Assembly: GCA_963769035.1 (NCBI GenBank)
Contig: CAVYKD010000001.1
Coordinates: 83,415-147,414 of the forward strand
Direction: 5' to 3'
DNA: 64,000 nucleotides
From: an uncultured Solirubrobacterales bacterium
GTDB taxonomy: Bacteria; Actinomycetota; Thermoleophilia; Solirubrobacterales; 70-9
The notes beneath the pieces were generated by a model. It had not been told where the DNA came from. It made no database searches and saw only the letters and a program-made list of their open reading frames with translations. Position 1 is the stretch's first letter. Every line of letters begins with the position of its first letter. The translations under genes and the position numbers were made by a program. Below, one piece after another: positions 50,658-61,281 of this stretch.

Positions 50658-52225
50658 CCCGGGCTTCAACACCGCCCGGCCCCGAACGATGCTGTGCGGC
50701 CGCATCGGCCAGCAGGGCGTCGACGAGCCCCGCGGGCTCGTGGCGCTCCGCCTCGACCGCGACCGCCAGCCCGGCGGCGCGCGCCGCCGCGCTGGTGACC
50801 GGCCCGATCGAGACGATCCGCGCCGCCGAGGGAAAGCGCTCGCCGAGCGCCTCGGTCAGGTTGGTCACGGTCGAGGCCGAGGTGAAGGTGACGTAGTCGG
50901 CCCCCTGCGCCGCCTCGACGGCCGCGGCACTCGGCCGCTCGCGGACGGTCTCGTAGAGGGCGATGTCGTCGACCTCGGCCCCGCGCTCGCGCAGCGCCCG
51001 CGGCAGCACGTCGCGCGCGCTCGCGGCGCGGGCGAGCAGCACAGGGCGGCCGCGCACCTCGACCGCTTCGAGCGCCTCTACCAGCGCCTCGGCGACGAAG
51101 CGCTCCGGGACGATGTCGGCGATCAGGCCGCGATCGGCGAGCGCCCTCGCGGTCCCGGGGCCGATCGCGGCCACGGTCGCGCCGGAGAGCGCCCGGGCGT
51201 CGCGACCCTGCGCCGCCATCGCCTCGAACAGCAGGCCGACGGCGTTCGCGCTGGTCAGGCAGACGAGCGCGTAGCTGTGCAGGCTGGCGACGGCCTCGGC
51301 GACCTCGGCCGAGTCGATCCTCGGCTCGATCCTGATCGCGGGCAACTCGACCACCTCGGCACCGAGGGCGCGCAGGGTGGCGGCGAGGCCGCTGGCCTGC
51401 GCGCGCGCCCGGGTGACCACCACCCGCCGCGCGTGCAGCGGCCGGCGCTCGAGCCAGGCGATCCGCTCGCGGCGAGCCGCGACCGCGCCGAAGAGGAGGA
51501 TCGCCGGAGCTCGGATCCCGGCCGCTGCCGATGCCCCAGGGAGCTCGGCGAGGGTCGAGACGACGGTCCGCTGGTCGGGCCAGGTGCCGCGCTCGATCGC
51601 CGCCGCCGGCTCGCCCGGATCGCGGCCCGCCGCCGCGAGGCGCTCGCTGATCAGCGGCAGGTTCCTCACCCCCATGTAGAGGACCAGGGTGCCCGGGAAA
51701 CCGCGCCAGCGCCTCCCAGTCGATCGCCGTCTCAGGCTTCTCGGGGTCCTCGTGCCCGGTCACGAACGCGACCGCCGAGGCGTCGTCTCGGTAGGTGACC
51801 GGAATGCCGGCATACGCGGGGGCCGCGATCCCCGCGGTCACGCCCGGCACGACCTCGAACGCGATCCCCGCGTCGGCGAGCTCCTCGGCCTCCTCGCCTC
51901 CGCGTCCGAAGACGAACGGGTCGCCGCCCTTCAGCCTGACGACGCTGCGCCCCGCGGCGGCGTGCTCGACGATCAGCTCGCCGATCCGCTCCTGGGTCGA
52001 TCGCCTCGCGGCCTGGCTCCTTGCCGACGTAGATCAGCTCGGCGTTCGCCCGCGCGCCCGTCGAGCGCACCCGCGGGGATCAGCCGGTCGTAGAGGATCA
52101 CCTCGGCGCGAGCCGATCAGCTCGAGCGCCCGTGCCGTCATCAGGCCGCGGTCGCCGGGGCCGGCGCCGACCAGATAGGCGACGCCGGGCCGGGCCGGAC
52201 CGTCTGCGCGCGCTCCGCTCACCAC
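50650..52225 (-). CDS. cobA/hemD: Fused uroporphyrinogen-III C-methyltransferase / uroporphyrinogen-III synthase (CobA-HemD); several frame changes in the CobA half
   Basis: CobA motifs [29 protein letters not shown] and [20 protein letters not shown]. The HemD half is intact in ORF 50650-51675 (…[28 protein letters not shown]…). Start GTG 52225 or 52222. Confidence 0.85.
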
Positions 52226-52245
52226 TCGAACCCTACGCGGGCCGC

Positions 52246-53121
52246 TCACGCGCGCGAGCGCTCGAGGATCTCGCCGACGCCCGCGGCGAGCATCCGCTCC
52301 GCGAGCGCCTCGCCGAGCGCCGCCGGGCTCTCCGGGGACGCCGGCGAGCCGGTCCCGGACCCAGGCGCTGCCGTCGGCGAGCCCGCCGAAGCCCTCGAGG
52401 ACGAGCTCGCGGCCCTCGAAGCGGGCCGAGACCCCGACCGGGCTCTCGCAATCGGCGCCGAGCAAGCGCACCGATGCGCGCTCTGCGGTGAGCGCAGCGA
52501 GCGCCCCGCGGTCGGAGATCCGCGCGGCGGCCGCGGAGGCCGCCGCGTCGCCCTCGCGGGCCTCGAGCGCCAGGCAGCCCTGTCCCGGCCGCCGGAGTCA
52601 TCTCGGCGAGCGAGAATCGGAACGAGATCTCCGCCGTCCGCCCGAGCCGGGCGAGTCCGGCGGCCGCGAGCACGATCGCCGTCGTACTCCCCGTCGGCGA
52701 GCTTCGCCGAGCCGGGTGTCGACGTTGCCGCGAAGCGCGACTGATCTCGAGGTCGGGGCGGAGCGCCAGCAGCTGCGAGCGCCGGCGCAGGCTGGAGGTG
52801 CCGACCCGCGCGCCCGCTGGCAAGCTCCGCCGGGGAGCCGGCGGAGCCGATCAGGGCGTCGCTCGGGTCCTCCCGCCCGGGCACGCCCACCAGCACCAGG
52901 CCGTCGGCAAGCTCGCCCGGAAGGTCCTTCGCCGAGTGCACGCCGAGGTCCACCTCCCCCGCGAGCAGGGCCCGCTCGACCCCGCGGACCCAGCGCGCCT
53001 TGTCGGCCACGTCGGGCTCCTCGTTTCGCACCACGACGATCTCGGCGCCCCCGAGCGCCTCGGCGACGATCTCCGCCTGCGCGAGCGCGAGCGCGCTGCC
53101 GCGCGTTCCCAGCCTCAGCAC
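52246..53121 (-). CDS. hemC: Hydroxymethylbilane synthase (porphobilinogen deaminase); several frame changes
   Basis: GTG 53121 VLRLGTRGSALALAQAE…, LGVHSAKDLP, VGTSSLRRRSQL, RGNVDTRL-type segment, AIVLAAAGLARLG, and the cofactor Cys context LLGADCESPVG. Confidence 0.88.
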   Translation of the reverse strand: MLRLGTRGSALALAQAEIVAEALGGAEIVVVRNEEPDVADKARWVRGVERALLAGEVDLGVHSAKDLPGELADGLVLVGVPGREDPSDALIGSAGSPAELASGRAGRHLQPAPALAAAGAPPRPRDQSRFAATSTPGSAKLADGEYDGDRARGRRTRPARADGGDLVPILARRDDSGGRDRAAWRSRPARATRRPPRPPRGSPTAGRSLRSPQSAHRCACSAPIARARSGSRPASRAASSSSRASAGSPTAAPGSGTGSPASPESPAALGEALAERMLAAGVGEILERSRA

Positions 53122-54480
53122 CGGCAGCGCCGGTTCACCGCCCGGCGGCGCTGGCGGCGACGCTCTCGCAGGTCGGCTACCTCGGCCTCGCCGTCCTCGA
53201 TCGCCTCGGCGTGTCCGTCGAGCACGAACAGCTCGCGCATCGCGGCGACGAGCGCGTACGCGCCCTCCTCGCCCGCGGAGCGCTTCAGCCTCAGCGTCGG
53301 CTCGTGAAGGATCCGCGAGGCGATCGCCCGGGCGGCGGCGCGCAGCCGCTCGCGGTCGGCCTCGCTGAGCGACTCCCAGCGCGATTCGTTCTCGGCGAGC
53401 ACCGCGTCGACGACCCGGTCGGCGCGCTCGCGCAGCGCGGCGATCGTCGGCAGCACGTCCTGGGCCGAGAACCAGCGCTCGAAGCGGCCGAGCTCGGCGC
53501 GGATGATGCGCCTCGGCGAGCCGGGCCTCGGACTCGCGGCCGGAGACGTTGCGCTCGACCAGCGCCTGCAGGTCGTCCATGTCGTAGAGGCTGACCCCGG
53601 CGATCTCGCGGCACTGCGGGTGGATGTCGCGCGGGACGGCGAGGTCGATCAGGAGCAGCGGCTTTCCGTCGCGCGGCCCATGACCTCGCCGACGCTCTCG
53701 CGGTCGAGGACGCTGTGCGGTGAGCCGGTCGAGGAGACGACGATGTCGGCGCCGCTCATCTCCTCGGGAAGGTCCTCGAAGCGGACCGCGCGGCCGCCGA
53801 AGCGGTCGGCGAGCCCGATCGCGCGGTCGTAGTGGCGGTTGGCGATGAAGATCGCCTGCACCCCCTTGGCGGCGAGCGCCCGCGCGGTCAGCTCGGCCGT
53901 CTCCCCGGCGCCGACGACGAGCACGCGGCGGCGCTCGAGCTCTCCGAGGGTCCGCTGGGCGAGCTCGACCGCGACCGAGGGGATCGACATCGAGCGCTCC
54001 GAGATCCCGGTCTCGCTGCGCGCCCGCTTGCCGGCGGCGAGCGCGGCGCGAAAGACGCGGTTGAGCATCGGGCCGGTCGCGCCCCTCGACCAGGGCGAGC
54101 TCGTAGGAGCGCTTCACCTGTCCCTGGATCTCGGCCTCGCCGATGATCATCGAGTCGAGCCCGGCGGTGACCCGGAAGAGATGATCGACCGCCTCGGTGC
54201 CGCGCAGCGAGTAGAGGTGTCCGACCAGCGCGGTCGGCTGCGTCTCGGCCTCGCGCGAGAGCAGCCCGAGCGACACCGCCTCGGCGCCGACCGGATCGGC
54301 GGAGAAGACGTAGATCTCGGTGCGGTTGCAGGTCGAGATCGCCACCGCCTCGGCGATCTCGTCGCGCTGGACGAGCTCTCCGAGGACGCCGACGGCCCGT
54401 CCCTCGGTGAGCGCCAGTCGCTCGCGGAGCTCGAGCGGCGCGGTCTTGTGCGAGACCCCGAGCGCGAGCAGCTCAGCCAC
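53115..54480 (-). CDS. hemA: Glutamyl-tRNA reductase; about 4 frame changes
   Basis: MAELLALGVSHKTAPLELRERLA…STCNRTEIY…GLDSMIIGEAEIQGQVK. NADPH domain VLVVGAGETAELTARAL (ORF 53649-54068). C-terminal dimerisation helix (ORF 53115-53456). Confidence 0.9.
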
Positions 54481-54652
54481 CGCGTCGCTCCTCGGCGAGC
54501 TCGGCCAGCTCGCCCAGCTCGCGATCGATCCGGGCGATCCGCGCGGACATGATCGCGACGTAGATCAAGAGCAGGGCGAGGAAGACCACGTAGGCGCCGG
54601 CGACGTACTTGCCGGCCTCCTCGAGCGGGAGGGCCGGGGCGCCGGCGAGCAT
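54473..54652 (-). CDS. CcmD-like small membrane protein (heme exporter protein D candidate); in frame with ccmC as given
   Basis: MLAGAPALPLEEAGKYVAGAYVVFLALLLIYVAIMSARIARIDRELGELAELAEERRGG has a single TM in a CcmD-like context. An alternative-frame TGA for ccmC overlaps this ATG (TGATG at 54650-54654). Confidence 0.5.
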   Translation of the reverse strand: MLAGAPALPLEEAGKYVAGAYVVFLALLLIYVAIMSARIARIDRELGELAELAEERRGG

Positions 54653-55396
54653 CACGCGCCCTCCGGCGCGCGGTGGGCGACCGGGGCGATCCGCGAGCTC
54701 GCGGCGGCGCCGGCGCCGCCCTCGAGCGAGCGCCGCAGGCGGCCGAGTCGGGCTCGGGTCGATCTTCGCCGCCAGCTCGAAGCGCACAAGGGTCCGCCAG
54801 AGAAGCGCCATCCCGGCGAAGCAGACGAGGAACCCGATCCACATCTTCCCGGTCAGCCCGCCCTCGGCGGTCGCGAACACGCGCGGGTGCACCAGGGTCT
54901 CGGCGAGGCGCACGGCGATGAAGTTGAGCGGCACGAAGGCGCCCGCGGTGATCGCGAACACCGACGCGTAGCGCGCCTGGCGCTCGCGGTCCTCGATCGC
55001 GTAGCGCAGCGGGTAGTAGGTGCAGTAGAGGAGGAAGACGATCAGGAAGCTGACCAGGGTGGGCTCGTCCCACACCCACCACTCGCCCCACGAGGCGCGG
55101 GCCCAGATCGCCCCGGTGATCAGAACCGCGACCCCGAAGATCACCGAGATGTGGATCGAGACGTAGGAGCGCACGTCCCACTTCGCCTCGCCCGTTCGCA
55201 GGTGCATGATCGCCTGGAGCGCGGCGATCACGAAGCCGGCGAGGGCGATGATCGCCATCGGCACGTGAAGGAAGAAGATCTTGTAGACGAAGCCCTGATC
55301 GGCCTCGTTCGGCACCCAGAAGAAGACCAGCGCGAACCCCGCGGTGAGGGTCGCCGCGCACAGCGCGGGCAGCAGTCTCGGTGCCTTGAAGCTCAT
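54652..55396 (-). CDS. ccmC: Heme exporter protein C (CcmC, WWD-domain protein); 3' end ambiguous (either fused in frame to the CcmD-like ORF, or one frame change near ~54770)
   Basis: FVYKIFFLHVPMAIIALAG (conserved His context) and the WWD motif ASWGEWWVWDEPTLVSFLI closely resemble E. coli CcmC as I recall it. ORF 54473-55396. Confidence 0.82.
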
Positions 55397-55411
55397 CGTT
55401 GTCGCGTCGCG

Positions 55412-56078
55412 TCAGTCTTCGATCAGGTACTCGTAGACGGCGTAGCCGACCGCGACGAACACTAGATCGTAGAGAGCCAGCAGCGCCGCCCATCTGCCGA
55501 ACTCGTCGAACGCAGGGCCGCCTGCGGCGAGCAGCGGCTCGGCCGCGCCCGGCGGCGCCGATCATCACCGGAATCAGCAACGGCAGGAGGAGCAGCGGCG
55601 CGATCAGGTCGCGGGCGCGCGAGTTGACCGCGATCGAGCTGACCAGCGCCCCGATCACGGCGAGGCCGAGGTTCGCCAGCAGGAGGATCGGGACCAGGGC
55701 GAGCAGGCCGGTTCCGGCGCCGAAGAAGATCGCGAACACCGGCAGCGCGATCAGCTCGAGCGCCGCCAGGTAGATCAGGAGGATCGCGACCTTCGCCGCG
55801 AACAACGCCGTCGCGTCGACCGGGGCGAGCCGGATCACGTCGAATCCGCCCTGCTCGCGTTCGGCGACGAAGACGCGGTTGATCGCCAGGATCGCGGCGA
55901 ACAGGATCGTCGCGAGGAGGACGCCGGCGGCGAGGTCGCCCTCCAGCCGGGTGCGGTCGAGGCCGAAGCGGAAGAGGACGAAGGTCGTGGTCGCGAACAG
56001 CGCCATCGCCGGGATCGACTCGAGCGTGCGCAGCTCGGTGCGCACGTCCTTCGCGAGGATCGCCCTGAACGCCCTCAC
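55412..56078 (-). CDS. ccmB: Heme exporter protein B (CcmB); one frame change near ~55540
   Basis: GTG 56078 overlaps the ccmA stop (GTGA). VRAFRAILAKDVRTELRTLESIPAMALFATTTFVLFRF… with six hydrophobic spans (inside ORF 54147-56561). The tail EPLLAAGGPAFDEFGRWAALLALYDLVFVAVGYAVYEYLIED reads in another frame to TGA 55412-55414. Confidence 0.78.
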
Positions 56079-56875
56079 CGGACCTCTCCCCCGTACAGCG
56101 AGCGCGCCTCGGCGGCGCTGAGCGCGCTCGCGGCGGCGCTCGCCGCCGCGGTCCCGTCGGCGCGCAGCGCGAGCACCCGGTCGGCCCGCTCGAGCCCGCG
56201 CTCGACCTCGTGGGTGACGATCACCCTGGTCGCGGCACGGTCGGCGGACAGCATCGCCTCGACGATCTCGGCGCCGGCGAGGTCGAGGTGGGAGCGCGGC
56301 TCGTCGAGCAGCAGCAGCTCGGGGCGGTGAAGGAGCGCGCGACAGGCGCTCGCCCGCTGCAGCATCCCGGCGGAGAGGTTTCGAACCAGCTCGTCGCCGC
56401 GGCGGCCGAGCCCCGCCTGGCCGAGCAGCTCGCCGATTCGCTCGGCGGGCTCGGGGACGCGGTGCAGACGGGCGTTGAAGGCGAGGTTCTCGCGGATCGA
56501 GAGCTCGCGGTAGAGCAGCGGCTCGTGGCCGAGGTAGCCGATCCGCCCGCGCGCCCTCCACGCCTCGCGCGGCAGCTCGGCGCCGAGCACCTCGACGGAC
56601 CCCGCGCTCGGGCGCAGCAGGGTCGCGAGGATCCGCAGCAGGGTGCTCTTGCCGGCGCCGTTCGGGCCGAGCACGACCAGCGTCTGCTCGGCGGCCAGCT
56701 CGAGGTCGATCTCGCCGAGCACCGGGAACTCGCCGTAGTCGCGGCGCAGGCAGCGGAGCGAGATCGCCGGCGATCCGGCGCGGCCCCCCGCCGGCCGAGC
56801 TTCTTCAGGCGCCCCTTCCACGCCCCGCAGTGTCGCGGTTCGCGTCCCGCGACGGTCGGCTGCGCGCCTCTCCAC
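56075..56875 (-). CDS. ccmA: ABC ATPase, heme exporter CcmA-type
   Basis: Intact. Walker A GPNGAGKST, signature LSAGMLQR, Walker B LLLLDEP. The exact start (GTG 56875 or downstream) is uncertain. Confidence 0.82.
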   Translation of the reverse strand: MERRAADRRGTRTATLRGVEGAPEEARPAGGRAGSPAISLRCLRRDYGEFPVLGEIDLELAAEQTLVVLGPNGAGKSTLLRILATLLRPSAGSVEVLGAELPREAWRARGRIGYLGHEPLLYRELSIRENLAFNARLHRVPEPAERIGELLGQAGLGRRGDELVRNLSAGMLQRASACRALLHRPELLLLDEPRSHLDLAGAEIVEAMLSADRAATRVIVTHEVERGLERADRVLALRADGTAAASAAASALSAAEARSLYGGEVR

Positions 56876-56920
56876 CTCCTGCGGTGGGATTGTGCGCAGC
56901 CGCCGGGGCGTCCGATCGCC

Positions 56921-58495
56921 TCAGGCTCGCCTGCGAACCGTCCGGCGCGCCACCTTGGCGAGCGGGCCGAGGCCGTCGCGCAGGCCACTCAGCCGGGCTG
57001 CCCCGCGCCCGTAGAGGAGCCGCGCCGAGGAGCGCAGCGCCGCGCCCGAGGTCCTCGTCGTAGGGCTGCCACCAGAAGTTGCGGGTGAGGCCGGGCTCCC
57101 AGGCGACGAGCTTGACGTTGCAGCACTCGTAAAGGCCGAACTTGGAGTGCGAGCGTCCGACGCCGGAGTCCTTGATCCCGCCCCAGGAGCACTGGCACCG
57201 CGCCGTGCGAGTAGGAGTGGTCGTTGATCCAGACCATCCCCGACTCGATCCTCCGCGCGATCCGCTCGCCCTTCGCCCGGTCCGTCGTCCACACCGACGC
57301 GCCGAGGCCGAAGTTCGAGTCGTTGGCGCGCTCGAGCGCCTCCTGCTCGCTCGCGACGACGACGATCGGGAGCGACCGGGCCGAAGATCTCCTCGCGCAT
57401 CATCCGCATCTCGTCGCTCGACCCCGGCGAGCACGGTCGGGGCGATGAAGCGGCCGCTGAGGCCGTCGAGCTCGACGCGGGCCCCCGGTGAGCCGCTCGG
57501 CGCCGCGACGCGAGCGCGTCGTCGACGAGCTCGGTGACGAGGTCGGCCTGCTCGGCGGAGACCATCGGCCCGATCTCGGTCTCCCAGTCGAGCGGGTCGC
57601 CGACGGTGAGCCGCTCGGTCTCGCGGCGAACCCCGGCGAGGAACTCGTCGGCCACCGACTCGACCACGTAGGTTCGCTCGATCCCCGAGCAGGTCTGCCC
57701 GGCGTTCGCGAACGCGCCCCAGACGCAGCCCGAGACCGCGTTCGCGAGGTCGGCGTCGGCGCAGACGATCTGCGGATCCTTGCCCCCGAGCTCGAGCACC
57801 GAGCCCTTCAGCAGCCCCGCGCAGAGTCTCGCCGACCCGCCGGCCGACCTCGACCGAGCCGGTGAAGAAGATCTTCGCGGTCGAGGCCTCGCAGAGCGCC
57901 TGGCCGACCGGGCCGCCCGCCGTGGACGGTGCGCACCAGCCCCCGGGGAAGGCCGCCGTCCTCGAAGACGCGCTGGATCCGCTCGCCGAGCAGCGGGGTG
58001 AGGCTCGCGGGCTTCAGCACGACGCCGTTGCCGGCGATCAGCGCGATCGCGATCTCGCCGAACGGGATCGACCAGGGGTAGTTCCAGGGCGCGATCACGC
58101 CGACGACGCCGAGCGGCTCGTAGGAGAAGAAGCTCCGCTTCGGCTTCAGGAAGGCCTGCGGGATGAGCGATCCGCTCGTCGGCAAGGATCTTCGGGGCCG
58201 CGTCGGCGCACCAGTGGAGCGCGTCGATCGTCGGCAGGAGCTCCATCGTGTAGCTCTCCGCGATCGGCTTGCCCTGCTCGCGCGTGAGCAGCTCGGCGAC
58301 CTCCTCGAGCTGCTCGAGCAGGACGTCGGCGGCGCGGCGCAGTAGCGCGCCGCGATCGGCGAGCGTGAGCTGCGCCCAGAACGGCTGCACCTCGGCGACC
58401 TCGTCGACGACCCCCTGCACCTGCTCGGGCGCGATCGTCTCGACCGACCCGATCAGCTCGCCGGTGGCCGGGTTGAAGGATTCGAGTCGCCCCAT
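56921..58495 (-). CDS. NAD(P)-dependent aldehyde dehydrogenase; many frame changes
   Basis: MGRLESFNPATGELIG…, GVVGVIAPWNYPW, VVLKPASLTP, LELGGKDP, NAGQTCSGIER (catalytic Cys) and EEIFGPV. Fragments in ORFs 56921-58867, 57808-58185 and 56805-57434. Confidence 0.85.
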   Translation of the reverse strand: MGRLESFNPATGELIGSVETIAPEQVQGVVDEVAEVQPFWAQLTLADRGALLRRAADVLLEQLEEVAELLTREQGKPIAESYTMELLPTIDALHWCADAAPKILADERIAHPAGLPEAEAELLLLRAARRRRRDRALELPLVDPVRRDRDRADRRQRRRAEAREPHPAARRADPARLRGRRPSPGAGAHRPRRAARSARRSARPRPRRSSSPARSRSAGGSARLCAGLLKGSVLELGGKDPQIVCADADLANAVSGCVWGAFANAGQTCSGIERTYVVESVADEFLAGVRRETERLTVGDPLDWETEIGPMVSAEQADLVTELVDDALASRRRAAHRGPASSSTASAAASSPRPCSPGSSDEMRMMREEIFGPVAPDRRRRERAGGARARQRLELRPRRVGVDDGPGEGRADRAEDRVGDGLDQRPLLLARRGASAPGAGSRTPASDARTPSSAFTSAATSSSSPGSPASPATSGGSPTTRTSGAALRSSARLLYGRGAARLSGLRDGLGPLAKVARRTVRRRA

Positions 58496-58524
58496 CCGCC
58501 GGGGCGATTCTACGCCGCGGGCGC

Positions 58525-59865
58525 TCAGCGCTCGCCGGAGCGGCGACTTCGGATCCGCTCGAGCCGCTCGCCGAGCTCGGCCTCGAAGCCGCGCGCCGTT
58601 GGCTCGTAGAAGCGCTCGCCGCGGAGCTCCTCGGGGAGCAGCGGCTGGGCCGCGATCGCGTCGGGCTCGTCGTGGGGGTAGACGTAGCCCTCGCCGCGGC
58701 CGAGGCTCCTCGCGCCGGGGTAGTGCGCGTCGCGCAGGTGGTCGGGCGGGAGCTTGGCCCCGTGCTCGCGGACGTGGCGCTGCGCCTCGGCGATCGCCTT
58801 GATCGCGGCGTTCGACTTCGGGGCGAGGGCGAGATAGGCGACCGCCTGGGAGAGGTTGAGCGCGCATTCGGGGAGGCCGACGCGGTCGACGGCCTGGCCG
58901 GCGGCGGTCGCCACCAGCAGCGCCTGCGGGTCGGCGTTGCCGACGTCCTCGGCGGCGAGGATGACGATCCGGCGGGCGATGAAGCGAGGGTCCTCGCCGC
59001 CGTCGAGCATCGCCGCCAGGTAGTAGACGGAGGCGTCGGGATCGGAGCCGCGGATCGCCTTGATCAGCGCCGAGGCGTAGTCGTAGTGGCGGTCGCCCTG
59101 CTTGTCGAAGATGACCGCCTTGCGCTGCAGCGCGTCCTCGGCGGTCGCCAGGTCGATCGGATGATCCCCGGCGCGTGCGGCCTCGACCGCTCGCTCGAGC
59201 GCCCCGAGCGCGGTCCTCGCGTCACCGCCCGAGCGCTCGGCGAGCAGGGCGAGCGCGTCCTCGTCGATCTCCGCCGCCGCGGCGAGCCCGCGCTCGGGAT
59301 CGGCGAGGGCGCGGCGGATCAGCTCCGCGACCTGCTCGGGGCCGAGCGCGCGCAGCTCGTAGATCTGGGCGCGGGAGAGCAACGCGGAGTTGACCTCGAA
59401 GTAGGGGTTCTCGGTCGTCGCCCCGATCAGGGTCACCAGCCCCTCCTCGACGGCGGGCAGCAGCGCGTCCTGCTGGGCCTTGTTGAACCGGTGGATCTCG
59501 TCGAGGAAGAGGATCGTCGGCTGCGCGGCGCCACGCCGGCGCGCGCGGGCTCGCTCGATCACCGCGCGGACCTCGGCCTTGCCCGCGTTCACGGCCGACT
59601 CCTCCTCGAAGGCGCCGTGGGCCGCCTGGGCGACGATCCGCGCCAGCGTCGTCTTGCCCGTCCCGGGTGGGCCGTAGAGGATCATCGAGTGCGGCTCGCC
59701 GGTCTCGATCGCGACCCGCAGGGTGGACCCCGGGCCGAGGAGGTGCTCCTGGCCGGCGAGCTCGGAGAGGCCGCGCGGGCGCATCCGCACGGCGAGCGGC
59801 GCGTCGCGGGCCGGCACCTCGCTGCGGCGGGCGCGATCATCGCCGGTGTCGAAGAGCTGCTCCAT
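58525..59865 (-). CDS. rarA: Replication-associated recombination protein A (RarA/MgsA AAA+ ATPase)
   Basis: Intact from ATG 59865. [88 protein letters not shown]. Confidence 0.92.
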   Translation of the reverse strand: MEQLFDTGDDRARRSEVPARDAPLAVRMRPRGLSELAGQEHLLGPGSTLRVAIETGEPHSMILYGPPGTGKTTLARIVAQAAHGAFEEESAVNAGKAEVRAVIERARARRRGAAQPTILFLDEIHRFNKAQQDALLPAVEEGLVTLIGATTENPYFEVNSALLSRAQIYELRALGPEQVAELIRRALADPERGLAAAAEIDEDALALLAERSGGDARTALGALERAVEAARAGDHPIDLATAEDALQRKAVIFDKQGDRHYDYASALIKAIRGSDPDASVYYLAAMLDGGEDPRFIARRIVILAAEDVGNADPQALLVATAAGQAVDRVGLPECALNLSQAVAYLALAPKSNAAIKAIAEAQRHVREHGAKLPPDHLRDAHYPGARSLGRGEGYVYPHDEPDAIAAQPLLPEELRGERFYEPTARGFEAELGERLERIRSRRSGER

Positions 59866-59934
59866 CGCGCTGGTCGCGGCCAAGTATGAGCGGGGCGCCG
59901 GAGCCACCGGCCCGGGGCGGGTACGCTGACCGGC

Positions 59935-61281
59935 ATGGGTGAGGAAAGCGCGGTGATGGTCCCGGGCCTCGGCGCCGAGGCGGTCGAGCTGCTCGGCGAG
60001 CTGATCCGCTTCGACACCGTCAACCCGCCGGGCAACGAGCAGGCCGCTCAGGAGATGCTCGCCCAGCGCTTCTCCGAGGCCGGCTTCGAGTGCGAGCTCC
60101 TCGCCGCCGAGCCCGGCCGCCCGAACCTGATCGCGAGGCTCTCCGGCGAGGCCGAGGGCGAGACGCTCTGCCTGCTCGGGCACGTCGACACCGTGCCCGC
60201 CGAGGCGAGCGAGTGGAGCTTCGATCCCTGGGCCGGAGACGTCGTAGAGGGCATGGTCCGCGGCCGCGGAGCCCAGGACATGAAGGGCCAGGTCGCGGCC
60301 GAGGTCGCCGCGGCAACCGCGCTCGCGCGCGACGGCTGGCGACCGGCCCGCGGCGAGCTGATCGTCGTCGTCACCGCCGACGAGGAGGGCGGGGCTGCGG
60401 CCGGCGCGGAGTGGCTGTGCGCCGAGCACCCCGAGAAGGTCCGCGCCGACCACGTCGTCAACGAGGGCGGGGGGCCGGCCTTCGAGGTCGGCGGCAGGCG
60501 CTTCTACAGCCTCTGCGTCGGCGAGAAGGGCGTCTGCCGGTTCAACCTCCGCGCCCGCGGCGTAGCCGGCCATGGCTCGATCCCGGGGATCGGCGAGAAC
60601 GCGCTCTTGAAGCTCGCCCCGGCGCTCGCCCGGCTCGCCGCGCAGCCCGCGGCCGAGGCCACCCCCGAGGGCGTCGAGTTCATCTCCACGGTCCTCGGCG
60701 AGCCGCTTGCGCACGCCGGCCCGGCCGAGATCGACTCGGCGATCGAGCGGCTGCGCTCGCTCGCACCCGAGATCGCGACCTACATGGCCGAGCCCATGGT
60801 CCGGGTTACGACGGTGCCGACGATGGCGCGCGCCTCGGAGAAGGCGAACGTGATCCCCTCGCTGGCCGAGTCACTGGTCGATTGCCGGGTCCCGCCCGGG
60901 CTCGGACCCGCCGACGTCCGCGAGCGGGTCACCCCGCTGCTCGGGGAGCACGCCGACTCGGTCGAGATCGAGTTCGTCGACGAGACCGTCGGCAACCGCT
61001 CGCCCTCGCGCTCGCCGCTCGCCGACGCGATCGGCGAGTGGCTCGCCGCGAGCGATCCCGGCGCCACCCTGGTGCCGGTGGTGATGAGCGGCTTCTCCGA
61101 CAGCCACTGGTTTCGCAAGGCCTTCAGCTCCGCGGTCGTCTACGGCTTCTGCCCCCAGCGCGTGATCGGCGAGATCGACTCGAAGCCGCTCGTCCACGGC
61201 GCCGACGAGCTCGCCTCGGTCGACGACGTCGAGCTCGCCGCCTCCTTCTACGCCGACCTCTCGCGGAGGCTGCTCGGGTGA
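59935..61281 (+). CDS. M20-family metallopeptidase / deacylase (ArgE/DapE/ACY1 type)
   Basis: Intact. LLGHVDTVP, GRGAQDMKG, VVTADEEGG, VNEGGG. Confidence 0.85.
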   Translation: MGEESAVMVPGLGAEAVELLGELIRFDTVNPPGNEQAAQEMLAQRFSEAGFECELLAAEPGRPNLIARLSGEAEGETLCLLGHVDTVPAEASEWSFDPWAGDVVEGMVRGRGAQDMKGQVAAEVAAATALARDGWRPARGELIVVVTADEEGGAAAGAEWLCAEHPEKVRADHVVNEGGGPAFEVGGRRFYSLCVGEKGVCRFNLRARGVAGHGSIPGIGENALLKLAPALARLAAQPAAEATPEGVEFISTVLGEPLAHAGPAEIDSAIERLRSLAPEIATYMAEPMVRVTTVPTMARASEKANVIPSLAESLVDCRVPPGLGPADVRERVTPLLGEHADSVEIEFVDETVGNRSPSRSPLADAIGEWLAASDPGATLVPVVMSGFSDSHWFRKAFSSAVVYGFCPQRVIGEIDSKPLVHGADELASVDDVELAASFYADLSRRLLG

